This document shows positions 35,458 through 47,352 of a stretch of DNA of 64,000 bases, piece after piece (position 1 is the first letter of the stretch; each line of letters starts with the position of its first letter). This DNA comes from an uncultured Candidatus Binatia bacterium (lineage in GTDB: Bacteria > Desulfobacterota > Binatia > UBA9968 > JAJDTQ01). The translations under genes were made by a program, and so were the position numbers. The stretch lies in contig OZ219754.1 of the NCBI GenBank assembly GCA_964291295.2, forward strand, positions 320,001 through 384,000. Reading direction: 5' to 3'. The notes beneath the pieces are model-generated. The model made no database searches. It saw only the letters and a program-made list of their open reading frames with translations, and had not been told where the DNA came from.

Positions 35458-35476
35458 GGGGGGGGGGGGGGGGGGG
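35458..35476 (+). repeat. G19 homopolymer
   Basis: 19 consecutive G next to the IS end, upstream of glmU. Confidence 0.85.
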
Positions 35477-35590
35477 AGCGATGCCGTCCCCGTGAACCTG
35501 CCGGCGCCGCCCCTCGCCGGACACGAACCTTCCGCCACCCCGGGCCTCGCTGGCCAGCGGCCCGACCTTGGGTTATAGTTTGTTCCGCGC

Positions 35591-36979
35591 ATGCAGGCAC
35601 TTGGCGTCATCATCCTGGCCGCGGGCCAGGGCAGACGAATGCGATCGGCCACGCCGAAGGTGCTGCATCTCCTGAGTGGCAAACCGCTCCTGGCGCACGT
35701 GCTGGACGCCTGCGCGACGCTGGAACCCGAACGGCTCCGTGTAGTCGTGGGCCGCGGCATGGACCCGGTCCGCGCGGCCTTCCCCGGAATGGACCGCTCC
35801 GGCTGGGTGCTGCAACCCGAGCCCCTGGGCACCGGCCACGCCGCTCGTTGCGGCACCGCGGCCCTTGGCGATTTCACGGGCGACGTGCTGATCGTCAACG
35901 GGGACGTGCCGCTGCTCTCGCCCCGGAGCCTGTGCGGGATGCTGGCCGCGCACCGGTCGTCGGCCAGCGACGTCACCCTGGCGGTGGCCAGGCTGGAAGA
36001 GCCCTCGGGCTGCGGGCGTATCCTGCGCGGCCCGGACGGCGCCATCACCGGCGTGGTGGAGGAACGCGACGCCAGCGAGGCGGAGAAGGCTATCCAGGAG
36101 ATCAACGTCGGCCTGTACCTGGCGTCGTCGGACTTTTTTCGCACGGCCCTGGCGGCCCTCGAGAACCACAACGACCAGGGCGAATACTATCTGCCGGATA
36201 TCGTCCGTTTCGGCGCCCGGAGGGCGGCGCGCATCGGCAGCGTGACCCTCGGCGACCCGCGCGAATTCCGGGGCGTGAACAACAGGGAGGAACTCGCCTG
36301 GATGGAAAAGGCTTTGCAGCGGGATATCAACCGCCGATGGATGGAGCGGGGCGTGACCCTCAAGGATCCTGAAACCACCTACATCGACGCCGACGCCACC
36401 ATCGGCGAGGACACCGTCATCGGCCCCCACAGCCACCTGCTGGGGCGTACCGTGGTGGGCGCCCGCTGCCGCATCGACGGCAGCGCCTACCTCACCAGCG
36501 TCCGGCTGGCCGACGAGGTCCACCTGCGTTTCTCGGTGGTGATGGACGACTGCGACATCGAGGAGGGCGTCAGCGTCGGCCCCTTCGCGCACCTGCGCCC
36601 CGGCGCCGTGCTCAAGCGCAACGTCCATATCGGCAACTTCGTGGAGGTCAAGAACTCGTCCGTGGGCGAGTCCACCAAGGTCAGCCACCTGAGCTACATC
36701 GGCGATACCCGTCTCGGCCGCGACTCCAACATCGGCGCCGGCACCATCACCTGCAACTACGACGGCTTCACCAAGAGCCGCACCACCATCGGCGACCGCG
36801 TCCAGGTAGGCAGCGACACCCAACTCGTGGCGCCCGTGGTGGTGGGCGACGACGCCTACATCGGCGCCGGCTCCACCATCACCCGGGACGTGCCTGCCGG
36901 CGCCTTGGCCGTGAGCCGCACGCCGCAGCGGAACGTCGAGGACTGGGTGGCCGGCTATCGGGCCCGGAAGAGCCGGTAG
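35591..36979 (+). CDS. glmU: bifunctional UDP-GlcNAc pyrophosphorylase/acetyltransferase
   Basis: LAAGQGRRM..PKVLH, EYYLPD, GNFVEVK, GAGTITCNYDG. Confidence 0.96.
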   Translation: MQALGVIILAAGQGRRMRSATPKVLHLLSGKPLLAHVLDACATLEPERLRVVVGRGMDPVRAAFPGMDRSGWVLQPEPLGTGHAARCGTAALGDFTGDVLIVNGDVPLLSPRSLCGMLAAHRSSASDVTLAVARLEEPSGCGRILRGPDGAITGVVEERDASEAEKAIQEINVGLYLASSDFFRTALAALENHNDQGEYYLPDIVRFGARRAARIGSVTLGDPREFRGVNNREELAWMEKALQRDINRRWMERGVTLKDPETTYIDADATIGEDTVIGPHSHLLGRTVVGARCRIDGSAYLTSVRLADEVHLRFSVVMDDCDIEEGVSVGPFAHLRPGAVLKRNVHIGNFVEVKNSSVGESTKVSHLSYIGDTRLGRDSNIGAGTITCNYDGFTKSRTTIGDRVQVGSDTQLVAPVVVGDDAYIGAGSTITRDVPAGALAVSRTPQRNVEDWVAGYRARKSR

Positions 36980-36992
36980 GGGCGAGTCCGAC

Positions 36993-38802
<1,810 letters not shown>

Positions 38803-38816
<14 letters not shown>

Positions 38817-39480
38817 GCGCACCGGGGGCTTGGCCGCGGGCGCCCTCTCCGGGGGCCGGCGCGGATACCGGCTCCCGCGCGCGTGTGACGCCCCGGTATC
38901 CCCTGGCCACCACGTAGAGTTCCGACGAGCCCTTGCGCGTGGCCCCGGACCGCACCCGCCGCACGTTCCGAAAACACGCCGACGCTTCGCTCAACAGCGC
39001 CTCGACATCGACGCCGGCGAAAGTCTTGAACACGAACGCGCCGCCGGGCCTGAGGATCCACCGGGCAATCTCGAAGGCCCCGCGGACGAGCTCCAGCGCG
39101 CGCCGGCGGTCCGCGTCGCGGATACCGGAAAGACGCGGCGCCATATCGGAGAGAACGCAGTCCACCTTTCCCGCCGCGCACTCGCGTATGCGTGCTGCGG
39201 CGTCCGGTGCCAGGACATCCAGCTCGAAACCCTGCGCTTGCCGGCCGGCAAGCGGCTCCATGGGTTGCAGGTCGAAGCCCAGCACCCGTCCCCCCGGTCC
39301 GGCCAACTCGGCGGCGACCTGGAGCCAGCCGCCAGGTGCCGCCCCCAGGTCCACGACCACCTGGCCGGCCCGGATGAAATGGAACCGCCGGTTCATCTCC
39401 AGCAGCTTGTAGGCCGCCCGTGAACGATAGCCCTCACGCCTGGCCTTGCGAAAATAACCGTCCTGAGGCCGATACGACAT
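38803..39480 (-). CDS. rlmE: 23S rRNA Um2552 methyltransferase
   Basis: YRSRAAYKL, DLGAAPGGW, SDMAP, SSELY. Confidence 0.93.
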
Positions 39481-39718
39481 GCTTCACGGTCCATGTCTTC
39501 GCCTGATGACCGGCGTCACCTGATGGCCGGCACCGGGGAATTCTGCTCCGGATCCTGCTCTGGATTCCGATCCTGATTCAAACTCCGATCCTGATCCTGG
39601 TCCAGTCTGCTCCATTCTGCTCTTATCATGACCCAATAATATCAGAATCGATATGCCAAATGCACACAAGGCATCTTTTTGCTTGACAAGCGGCAAGAAA
39701 CAGTGTTAGTGGCTGTAT

Positions 39719-41815
39719 ATGCTGAAGCAAATGGGCGACATGAAGCAAATGGGCAACATGAAGCAAATGGGCAGCACCGTGGTTCTGGCTGTTGCAGCAG
39801 CCGTGATGAACTGTTTGCTGTGGACAGGGCCGGCCGGCGCGGTGGATCTGAGTTCGGGTGAGATCGAGGCGAGACTCGACACCACCCTCTCCTACGGTGT
39901 GACTTTTCGCGTCGAAGAGCGCGACAAGGAGTTGACGGACCGGGTCAACGACAACGACGGCGATCTCAACTACGATCGCGGCATTGTCAGCAACGCGTTC
40001 AAGTTCACCAGCGAACTGGATGCAGGCTACAGGAACGTCGGGCTGTTCGTCCGCGCCAGCGGACTCTACGACATCGAGAACGAGCACGGCACGCGGAGCT
40101 ACCGCGACCTCTCCGGGCCGGCGAAGTCGCTGATCGGGAAGGATATCGACCTTCTGGATGCCTACGTCACGGGAACGTTCGATGTCGGCGACGCCGCGGT
40201 GGACGTGCGGCTCGGCAAGCACGTGCTCAACTGGGGCGAGAGCACGTTCATCCAGAACGGCATCAGCGCCGTCAATCCGTTCGACGTGAGCAAGCTCAGG
40301 GTTCCGGGCGCCGAGTTGCGGGAGGCGTTGCTGGCGGTTCCGCTGGTTTCGGCGTCGGTGGCGCCCACCGCCAGCCTCTCGATGGAGGGTTTCTACCAGC
40401 TCGACTGGGAGAAGACCGAACTCGATCCGGTGGGCAGCTACTTCTCGGTCACCGACTATGTCGGCCCGGGGGCGGACCGTGCCATCATCGACCTGCCCGG
40501 ACTGGATCTCGGCGACAGGGGACTGACCGCCGCAAAGAATCCCTTTGTCATCTTCTCGGGCCTCTCCGACCCCCGGGCCGCCGCCGCTTTCAGCAGTGTC
40601 ACCGCGGACGATCCCGACTTCCTGATGGCGAATCGCACCGCGGACCGGAAGCCCGGCGACTCGGGCCAATGGGGAATCGCGTTCCGCTACCTTTTCGAGG
40701 AATGGAGCGACATCGAGGTGGGCTTCTATTTCATGAACTACCACAGCCGCCTGCCGGTGGTGAGCGCGCACACCGGGACCGCGACCGACGCGGGGAAAGG
40801 CCTGGCCGCGGCCGGGGCCATCAGCGCGGCCGCCCCCACCGCGGTCGGTGAGGTGGTGACCGCCGCGGTCACCCGGGCCTTGACCGCGGCGCGGTGTCCT
40901 TCCGCGACCCACAGCGCGGAATGCGGTGCCCTTGCCAACAAGGTGCGAACCGAGACCACCGCCCTGGCTCAAGGCGCCGCCGCCGGTGCCGCCCAGGCTG
41001 CCGGCATCGACGCCTACGCCGAGAAAGGCCACTACTTCATCGAGTATCCGGAGGACATCCAGCTCTACGGCGTCAGCTTCAACACCGCAATCGGAACCAC
41101 CGGCTGGGCGCTGCAGGGCGAGTACTCCTGGCGCCGCGACGCGCCGCTGCAACTGGCGGAACGCAAGCTGTTCGCCGAAGCCCTGCGGCCCTTCACCGGC
41201 TTGACGGCATGTATCGGGCGGCAGGTGGCGAACGGGGTTTCGCAGCAGATGGCGGGCCCCCGGTGCATCGCCGAGAACGCGGCGGCCGGCCGGTACGATG
41301 CGGACACCGTGGGCTACGTCCTGCGTGACGTGAGCCAGGTCCAGGCCACCGCCACCAAGGTGTTCGGCCCTGTTCTGGGATCGGACGGCGGCGCCTTCGT
41401 GACCGAAGTGGCGGTGATGCACGTGCACGACCTGCCGGACGGCAAGGATGTGGCCGCCGACGCCCTGACCCCGGCCGACATGCCCCTGGAGAGCCCCGCC
41501 GGTGCGGTCGGGAGCGACGACAATGACGCCGACGCCACCTCCTGGGGCTATCGTTTGGCGGCCCGACTCGATTACAATGGCGCGGTGGGGGCGGTAAACC
41601 TGTTCCCTTATCTTCGATTCGGGCACGACGTCGGCGGCAACAGCCCCGCCCCCAGCGGGTCGTTCGTGGAGGGGCGGACGGCGCTGACCTTCGGCCTTGG
41701 CGCCGACTATCTCAGCCGCTGGCAGGCCGACTTGGGCTACACCCTGTTCGCCGGCCGCAGGAACAAGTTGAGGGACCGTGACTTCATCACCGCCACGGTC
41801 CGATACTCCTTCTAG
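39719..41815 (+). CDS. DUF1302-family outer-membrane protein (start uncertain)
   Basis: NDNDGDLNY, LNWGESTF, YFMNYHSRLP, DRDF..T..YSF C-terminus. Confidence 0.85.
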   Translation: MLKQMGDMKQMGNMKQMGSTVVLAVAAAVMNCLLWTGPAGAVDLSSGEIEARLDTTLSYGVTFRVEERDKELTDRVNDNDGDLNYDRGIVSNAFKFTSELDAGYRNVGLFVRASGLYDIENEHGTRSYRDLSGPAKSLIGKDIDLLDAYVTGTFDVGDAAVDVRLGKHVLNWGESTFIQNGISAVNPFDVSKLRVPGAELREALLAVPLVSASVAPTASLSMEGFYQLDWEKTELDPVGSYFSVTDYVGPGADRAIIDLPGLDLGDRGLTAAKNPFVIFSGLSDPRAAAAFSSVTADDPDFLMANRTADRKPGDSGQWGIAFRYLFEEWSDIEVGFYFMNYHSRLPVVSAHTGTATDAGKGLAAAGAISAAAPTAVGEVVTAAVTRALTAARCPSATHSAECGALANKVRTETTALAQGAAAGAAQAAGIDAYAEKGHYFIEYPEDIQLYGVSFNTAIGTTGWALQGEYSWRRDAPLQLAERKLFAEALRPFTGLTACIGRQVANGVSQQMAGPRCIAENAAAGRYDADTVGYVLRDVSQVQATATKVFGPVLGSDGGAFVTEVAVMHVHDLPDGKDVAADALTPADMPLESPAGAVGSDDNDADATSWGYRLAARLDYNGAVGAVNLFPYLRFGHDVGGNSPAPSGSFVEGRTALTFGLGADYLSRWQADLGYTLFAGRRNKLRDRDFITATVRYSF

Positions 41816-41819
41816 GCGC

Positions 41820-43193
41820 ATGAGCATGAAAACACTCACGGTTCGATTCGCCGGCGTCCTGGCGCTGGCGTGCGCACTGGGCGCTCCGGTGTCGGCGGAT
41901 ACGTCCGCGGACAACATCGCGCGGCTCGACCGCGACCTGACCCCGGTCGGGGGAGAGCGGGCGGGCAACGCCGAGGGCACCATCCCGGAATGGACCGGCG
42001 GCATCACCCGTCCGCCGGAGGCGTACCGGCCCGGCGGACGCCGCCCCGACCCGTACTCGAACGACAAGCCGCGCTTCGTCATCGACCGGACCAATCTGGA
42101 CACGTATCGGAACCGGCTTTCGCCGGGGCACCAGCGCATGCTGGAGACCTACCCGACCTTCAGGCTGACCGTATATCCGACCCGGCGCAGCGCCTCGTTG
42201 CCGCAGCGCATCTACGACGCCACCCGGAAGGTCGCCGCCGCCGCAAGGCTGGTGGACGAAGGCAACGGGGTCGACGGTGCGGTCATCGGGATCCCCTTCC
42301 CCATCCCCGAGAACGGCCAGGAGGTGATCTGGAACCACCTGTTGCGCTACCGCGGCGAGACGGCCTCCTGCACGCTGGAGCAGGCGGCGGTGACCCGGGG
42401 CGGCGACTACACGCTGGTCAAGTACGCGGTCGACGTCAACGTGCGCTATTCGCTGCCGGGCATGACCGCGGAAGAGCTCGGCAACACCATGATCCTCTTC
42501 AAGCAGCGGGTGACCGCGCCGGCACGGCTCGCGGGAGACATCGTGCTGGTGCACGAAACCATGAACCAGGCTCGGGAACCCCGCAGCGCCTGGACCTACA
42601 ACCCCGGTCAACGCCGGGTGCGGCGCGCGCCCAACATCGCCTACGACAACCCGGGCACCACCTCCGACGGACTGCGCACCTCCGACCAGTTCGACATGTT
42701 CAACGGAGCGATCGACCGCTACGATTGGAAGCTCGTGGGCAAGCGCGAGATGTACGTGCCCTACAACACCTACCGGCCCCATGGCAACGGACTTTCCTTC
42801 GCGGATGTCATCCGGCCGCTGCACGTGAACCCGGAGCACCTGCGCTACGAGCTGCATCGGGTCTGGATCGTCGACGCGACGCTCAAGGAAGGGGCGAGCC
42901 ACATCTACAAGCGGCGGACTTTCTACATCGACGAAGATTCCTGGCAGATCCTGCTGGTGGACATCTATGACAACCGCGATGAGCTGTGGCGGGTGTCCGA
43001 GGGTCACGTCATCAACTTCTACGAAAAACCGCTGACGCGGCCGGTGCTGGAGACCCACTACGACCTGCAGGCGGGGCGCTATCTGGTGATCGCCGTGGGA
43101 CTCGACCCCAAGTCCCCGGCATGCAACTACGATGTCGCGTTCAAGCCCGGGGACTTCAGCCCCTCGTCCCTGCGCCGCGCAGGCCGGCGGTGA
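41820..43193 (+). CDS. DUF1329-family periplasmic protein
   Basis: LTPVGGERAGN..GTIPEW, AWTYNPGQRRVRRAP, FYIDEDSW. Confidence 0.88.
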   Translation: MSMKTLTVRFAGVLALACALGAPVSADTSADNIARLDRDLTPVGGERAGNAEGTIPEWTGGITRPPEAYRPGGRRPDPYSNDKPRFVIDRTNLDTYRNRLSPGHQRMLETYPTFRLTVYPTRRSASLPQRIYDATRKVAAAARLVDEGNGVDGAVIGIPFPIPENGQEVIWNHLLRYRGETASCTLEQAAVTRGGDYTLVKYAVDVNVRYSLPGMTAEELGNTMILFKQRVTAPARLAGDIVLVHETMNQAREPRSAWTYNPGQRRVRRAPNIAYDNPGTTSDGLRTSDQFDMFNGAIDRYDWKLVGKREMYVPYNTYRPHGNGLSFADVIRPLHVNPEHLRYELHRVWIVDATLKEGASHIYKRRTFYIDEDSWQILLVDIYDNRDELWRVSEGHVINFYEKPLTRPVLETHYDLQAGRYLVIAVGLDPKSPACNYDVAFKPGDFSPSSLRRAGRR

Positions 43194-44122
43194 GCCGGCC
43201 GGCCGGATGGCTCCTGCTGGTGCTCGTGCTGTCCGGACAGGCCGGCGCCGGCGCCAAACCGGCCGTCCCGGCCCCCCTTGCCATAAAGTCCCTGCTGCTT
43301 GACAGCGCCATGGCCGGCTCCCGCATCGTGGTGGTGGGGCAGCGCGGGCACATCCTGATCTCCGACGACCAGGGGAAGACTTGGGAACAGTCCCGGGTAC
43401 CCACCCGTGCCTTGCTCACCGCGGTGCACATGCACGACGAGCGCACCGGCTGGGCCGTCGGACACGATGCGGTGATTCTTCGTACCGACGACCGCGGCGA
43501 CACCTGGCGGCTGCTGCACCGCGCACCGGAAGAGGAGCGTCCCTTGCTGGACGTCTGGTTCCGGGACCGGAACGCAGGCTTTGCGGTGGGAGCCTATGGC
43601 TACTTCCTGGCCACCGGCGACGGCGGCGAGACCTGGAACTCCCGCACCATCAGCAAGGATGACTTTCACCTGAACGCGATGGTGTCCGCGGGGGGACGCC
43701 GGCTCTTCATGGCGGCGGAATCCGGCGTTGCGTACCGCTCCGACGACGGCGGCGGAACTTGGCGCGCGCTTCCCTCCCCCTATGCCGGCTCCTGGTACGG
43801 CGCGCTGGCGCTCGCTCGGGACCGGCTCCTGCTGCTGGGGCTCCGGGGACATCTCTTCCGGTCCGAGGATGGCGGCGGACGCTGGACGCGGGTGGCCACC
43901 GGCACCACCGCGACCCTCACCAACGCCACCCGCCTGCCGGGCGGAGCGGTGCTCGTCACCGGCCTCGAAGGAATCCTGCTCATGAGCCGGGACGGGGGCC
44001 GGAGCGTCTCCACCACCCGCCTGCCGTTACGCCAGGGCATCACGTCGGCGCTGGCGCTGGCCGACGGCAGTGTGCTGCTGACCGGCGAGTTCGGGGTCCG
44101 GCGACTGCCCCGGCCCGAGTAG
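43190..44122 (+). CDS. YCF48/BNR-repeat beta-propeller protein
   Basis: Repeated SxDxGxTW Asp boxes, GWAVGHDAVIL; GTG start overlaps the previous stop. Confidence 0.85.
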   Translation: MSRPAGWLLLVLVLSGQAGAGAKPAVPAPLAIKSLLLDSAMAGSRIVVVGQRGHILISDDQGKTWEQSRVPTRALLTAVHMHDERTGWAVGHDAVILRTDDRGDTWRLLHRAPEEERPLLDVWFRDRNAGFAVGAYGYFLATGDGGETWNSRTISKDDFHLNAMVSAGGRRLFMAAESGVAYRSDDGGGTWRALPSPYAGSWYGALALARDRLLLLGLRGHLFRSEDGGGRWTRVATGTTATLTNATRLPGGAVLVTGLEGILLMSRDGGRSVSTTRLPLRQGITSALALADGSVLLTGEFGVRRLPRPE

Positions 44123-44128
44123 CCGCTC

Positions 44129-46522
44129 ATGCCCGGCGCATCCGAAGACTCCGCCCCGAACCGTTCGACGGCCTTCATCGAACGCTGCCTGTTCGGCCAC
44201 CGCGCGCTCGTGCTGGCCGCATTCGCCGTCGCCACGCTGGTCATGGCGTGGTACGCGGCGCAATTGCGGGTGGATGCCGGGTTCTTCAAGCTCGTGCCCC
44301 TCAAGCACAGGTACATGGAGACCTTCCTCAAGCACCAGCAGGAGTTCGGCAGCGCCGACCAGGTGGTGATCGCACTCACCGCGCGCGAGGGCGACATGTT
44401 CACCCCGGAGTTCTTCCAGGTGCTGCGCCAGGTCACCGACGCGATGTTCTTCCTCCCCGGGATCGACCGCACCCAAGTCTACTCCATCCTCACCCCCAAC
44501 GTACGCTTCATCGAGGTGGTGGAAGACGGCGTCACCGCCGGCAACGTGTTGCCGGCCGGCTTCAAGCCCACCGCGGACGGGCTTGCCCGGGTGCGCGAGA
44601 ACGCCATCAAGGCCGGCGTCGTCGGCAGGCTGGTGGCCAACGACTTCACCGGAGCCATCGTCAGCGGCCGGTTGCAGGAGTTCGACCCCAATACCGGCCA
44701 ACGCCTGGACTACATCGAGGTGGCCCGTCAACTCGAGGGCATTCGCGCCGGGGCCGAGGCCGGCGCCGCCGTGGACGCGCACGTCATCGGATTCGCCAAG
44801 CTGGTGGGCGATATCGCCGCGGGCGGTGCCCGGGTGATGGCGTTCTTCGGCATCGCTGTCCTCATCACCGCGCTGTTCGTGTATCTCTACACCCGGTCGG
44901 TGCGCCTCACCCTGCCGCCGCTGCTGTGCTCGCTGGTGGCGGTGGCATGGCAGCTCGGAACGGTCACCGCCCTGGGCTTCGGCATCGATCCCATGTCCAT
45001 CCTGGTGCCGTTCCTGGTGTTCGCGGTGGGGGTCAGCCACGGCGTGCAGATGGTGAGCGCGGTGCGCGCCGACATGGTGGCGGGCGCCACCGCTCCGGAC
45101 GCCGCGCGCGCCGGTTTCCGGCGGCTGCTGCTGCCAGGCACGGCGGCGCTCGCGTCCGATTCGGTGGGCTTCATCACCATCGCGTTCATCGAGGTGCAGG
45201 TGATCCGGGAAACCGCCATCACCGCCAGCCTGGGCATCGTGGCCATCATCCTGACCAACCTGGCGCTGCTGCCGGTGCTGCTCTCGTACTTCCGCATGAG
45301 CGAGGCCGAGCGGCAAGCCGCCGCCCGGCGCGACAGCGTCTTGCGGCCCTTGTGGTCCAGGGTGGCGCGGTTGGCGCGCCGGGGTCCCGCGGCCGTGACC
45401 GTGGTGCTGGCGGCGTTGCTGGTGGCGGCGGGAGCGCACTACGCGGTGCAGGTCAAGGTGGGCGACAGCCACCCGGGAGTGCCGGAACTGCGGGCGGAGT
45501 CCGTCTACAACCGCGACATCGCCGCCATTACCGAGCGCTTCAAGATCGGCGTCGACGTGCTCACGGTGTTCGCGGAGACGGCACCGGACGGCTGCATCGA
45601 CTACGACGTGCTCACCACGCTGGACGCCTTCACCTGGCACATGCGCAACGTGGAGGGGGTCCGGTCGGCGGTGAGTCTCGCCAGCATCGCCCGCAACATC
45701 AACACTGGCTGGAACGAAGGCAGTCTCAAGTGGCGCACGCTGCCGCGGAACCGCTACAGCCTGGTGCAGTCCGTCTCCCCGGTGCCCACCGGCAGCGGCC
45801 TCCTCAACAACGATTGCAGCGTGCTGCCGGTGCACATCTACACCACCGATCACAAGGCCGAGACCATCCAGCGCATCGTCGACGCCACCCGGGACTTCGA
45901 GCGCCGCAACACGCTGGAGCGCATCCGCTTCCGGCTGGCCGGCGGCAACGTCGGGGTCATGGCCGCCACCAACGAGGAGGTGGACGCTTCCCGGTTCCCG
46001 ATCCTCGGCCATGTCTTCGCCGCGGTCAGCCTGCTGTGTCTGATCTCCTTCCGCTCGGCGGCGGCCACCGTGTGCATCATCGTGCCCCTGGCCGCGGTAT
46101 CACTGATGGCCTACGGGCTCATGGCGATACTGGAGATCGGACTCAAGATCTCGACCCTGCCGGTGGTGGCCCTGGGGGTGGGCATCGGCGTGGACTACGC
46201 CATCTACATCTACGGCACGCTCCGCACCCACCTGGAGCAGGGCCTCGACTTCGCCGCGGCCTACGAGCGCACGCTCCACGTCACCGGCGCCGGGGTGGCG
46301 CTCACCGGCCTGACCCTGGCGGCGGGCGTGGCCACCTGGATCGCCGCGCCGCTCAAGTTCCAGGCCGACATGGGCACCGTGCTGATGTTCATGTTCCTGG
46401 TGAACATGATCGCCGCCGTCGTGCTGTTGCCGGCCCTCGGCGCCTGGCTCGTGCGCCCGGGCCAGCGGGCCGGCGACGCGGCACAGCGCCGGCCCGCCGC
46501 GCCGCCCCTGCCCACTTCCTGA
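44129..46522 (+). CDS. RND/MMPL-family transporter
   Basis: Two TM clusters, AVGVSHGVQM, GVGIGVDYAIY, LKFQADMG; completes the DUF1302/DUF1329 operon. Confidence 0.88.
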   Translation: MPGASEDSAPNRSTAFIERCLFGHRALVLAAFAVATLVMAWYAAQLRVDAGFFKLVPLKHRYMETFLKHQQEFGSADQVVIALTAREGDMFTPEFFQVLRQVTDAMFFLPGIDRTQVYSILTPNVRFIEVVEDGVTAGNVLPAGFKPTADGLARVRENAIKAGVVGRLVANDFTGAIVSGRLQEFDPNTGQRLDYIEVARQLEGIRAGAEAGAAVDAHVIGFAKLVGDIAAGGARVMAFFGIAVLITALFVYLYTRSVRLTLPPLLCSLVAVAWQLGTVTALGFGIDPMSILVPFLVFAVGVSHGVQMVSAVRADMVAGATAPDAARAGFRRLLLPGTAALASDSVGFITIAFIEVQVIRETAITASLGIVAIILTNLALLPVLLSYFRMSEAERQAAARRDSVLRPLWSRVARLARRGPAAVTVVLAALLVAAGAHYAVQVKVGDSHPGVPELRAESVYNRDIAAITERFKIGVDVLTVFAETAPDGCIDYDVLTTLDAFTWHMRNVEGVRSAVSLASIARNINTGWNEGSLKWRTLPRNRYSLVQSVSPVPTGSGLLNNDCSVLPVHIYTTDHKAETIQRIVDATRDFERRNTLERIRFRLAGGNVGVMAATNEEVDASRFPILGHVFAAVSLLCLISFRSAAATVCIIVPLAAVSLMAYGLMAILEIGLKISTLPVVALGVGIGVDYAIYIYGTLRTHLEQGLDFAAAYERTLHVTGAGVALTGLTLAAGVATWIAAPLKFQADMGTVLMFMFLVNMIAAVVLLPALGAWLVRPGQRAGDAAQRRPAAPPLPTS

Positions 46523-46556
46523 CCGCCGTCCGTACCTGGAGATGGCGCCGAAGTCC
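46512..46556. repeat. 45-bp direct repeat, copy 1
   Basis: 42/45 identical to 49799-49843. Confidence 0.85.
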
Positions 46557-46619
46557 CCGCCAGACGCGCGAAACGCGGCTCCCCGAAGAGATGAAACTCG
46601 CGCCGCAGCACCATCCGCC

Positions 46620-47118
46620 TCGCCAGACCCGCCATCCCCACTGGAATGAAGAAGCCATGTGGCGTACCTGCGTCAGGCTCACCGACATCGAAGCGGTCTT
46701 CCGCTCCCTGAAATCCGAACTCGGCCTGCGACCCGTCTACCACCACAAGGCGCTCCGCGCCGAAGGACATCTGTTCATTACCGTACTCGCCTGCCAACTC
46801 GTCCAGGTCATCCGTACTCGCCTGCGTCAAGCGGACGAGAACGCCAGATGGACCACACTACGCCGCGTCCTCCAGGGAAAGCAGCGCGTCACCATCACGT
46901 GCCGACGGGCGCACCCTGCACGTGCGCAAGGCGACCCGCGCCGAACCAACCCAGCAGGCCATCTACAAAGCCCTGGGCATTGATCCCGCTCCCGGAGGAA
47001 CTCGCAAAACCCTGGTGTAACCAACCTTCAAATACTCACTTGTAGTGCCACTTGCCGCTTCTGCTCATCGTAACTCTATGATATGTAACGAGATCTTGCG
47101 GAGGGTGGTAAAGCTGGG
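46620..47118 (+). pseudogene. IS1634-like transposase C-terminal remnant with probable right end
   Basis: IEAVFRSLKSELGLRPVYH..RAEGHLFITVLA; frameshift near 46910; boundaries approximate. Confidence 0.7.
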
Positions 47119-47352
47119 TCAGTGCGGCGGGCGAGGCCGGCCGGCCTGCGATGTTCGAGAGTCTTCCGTTGTGTGACAAATGATTGGGCCAGTTCAGCCT
47201 CTGGACGCGATGCCGGGCACAGGGCACGTTGTCTGTTCCAACCCGCCACAACGACCTGTCCGACTTTCCGACGCCACCTCACATCCGAGTGGACGGCCCG
47301 TGAGCGCGAGTTTTGAATGGCCCTGCTGCGGGTGGGGCTTCGCGAGTGTCCA

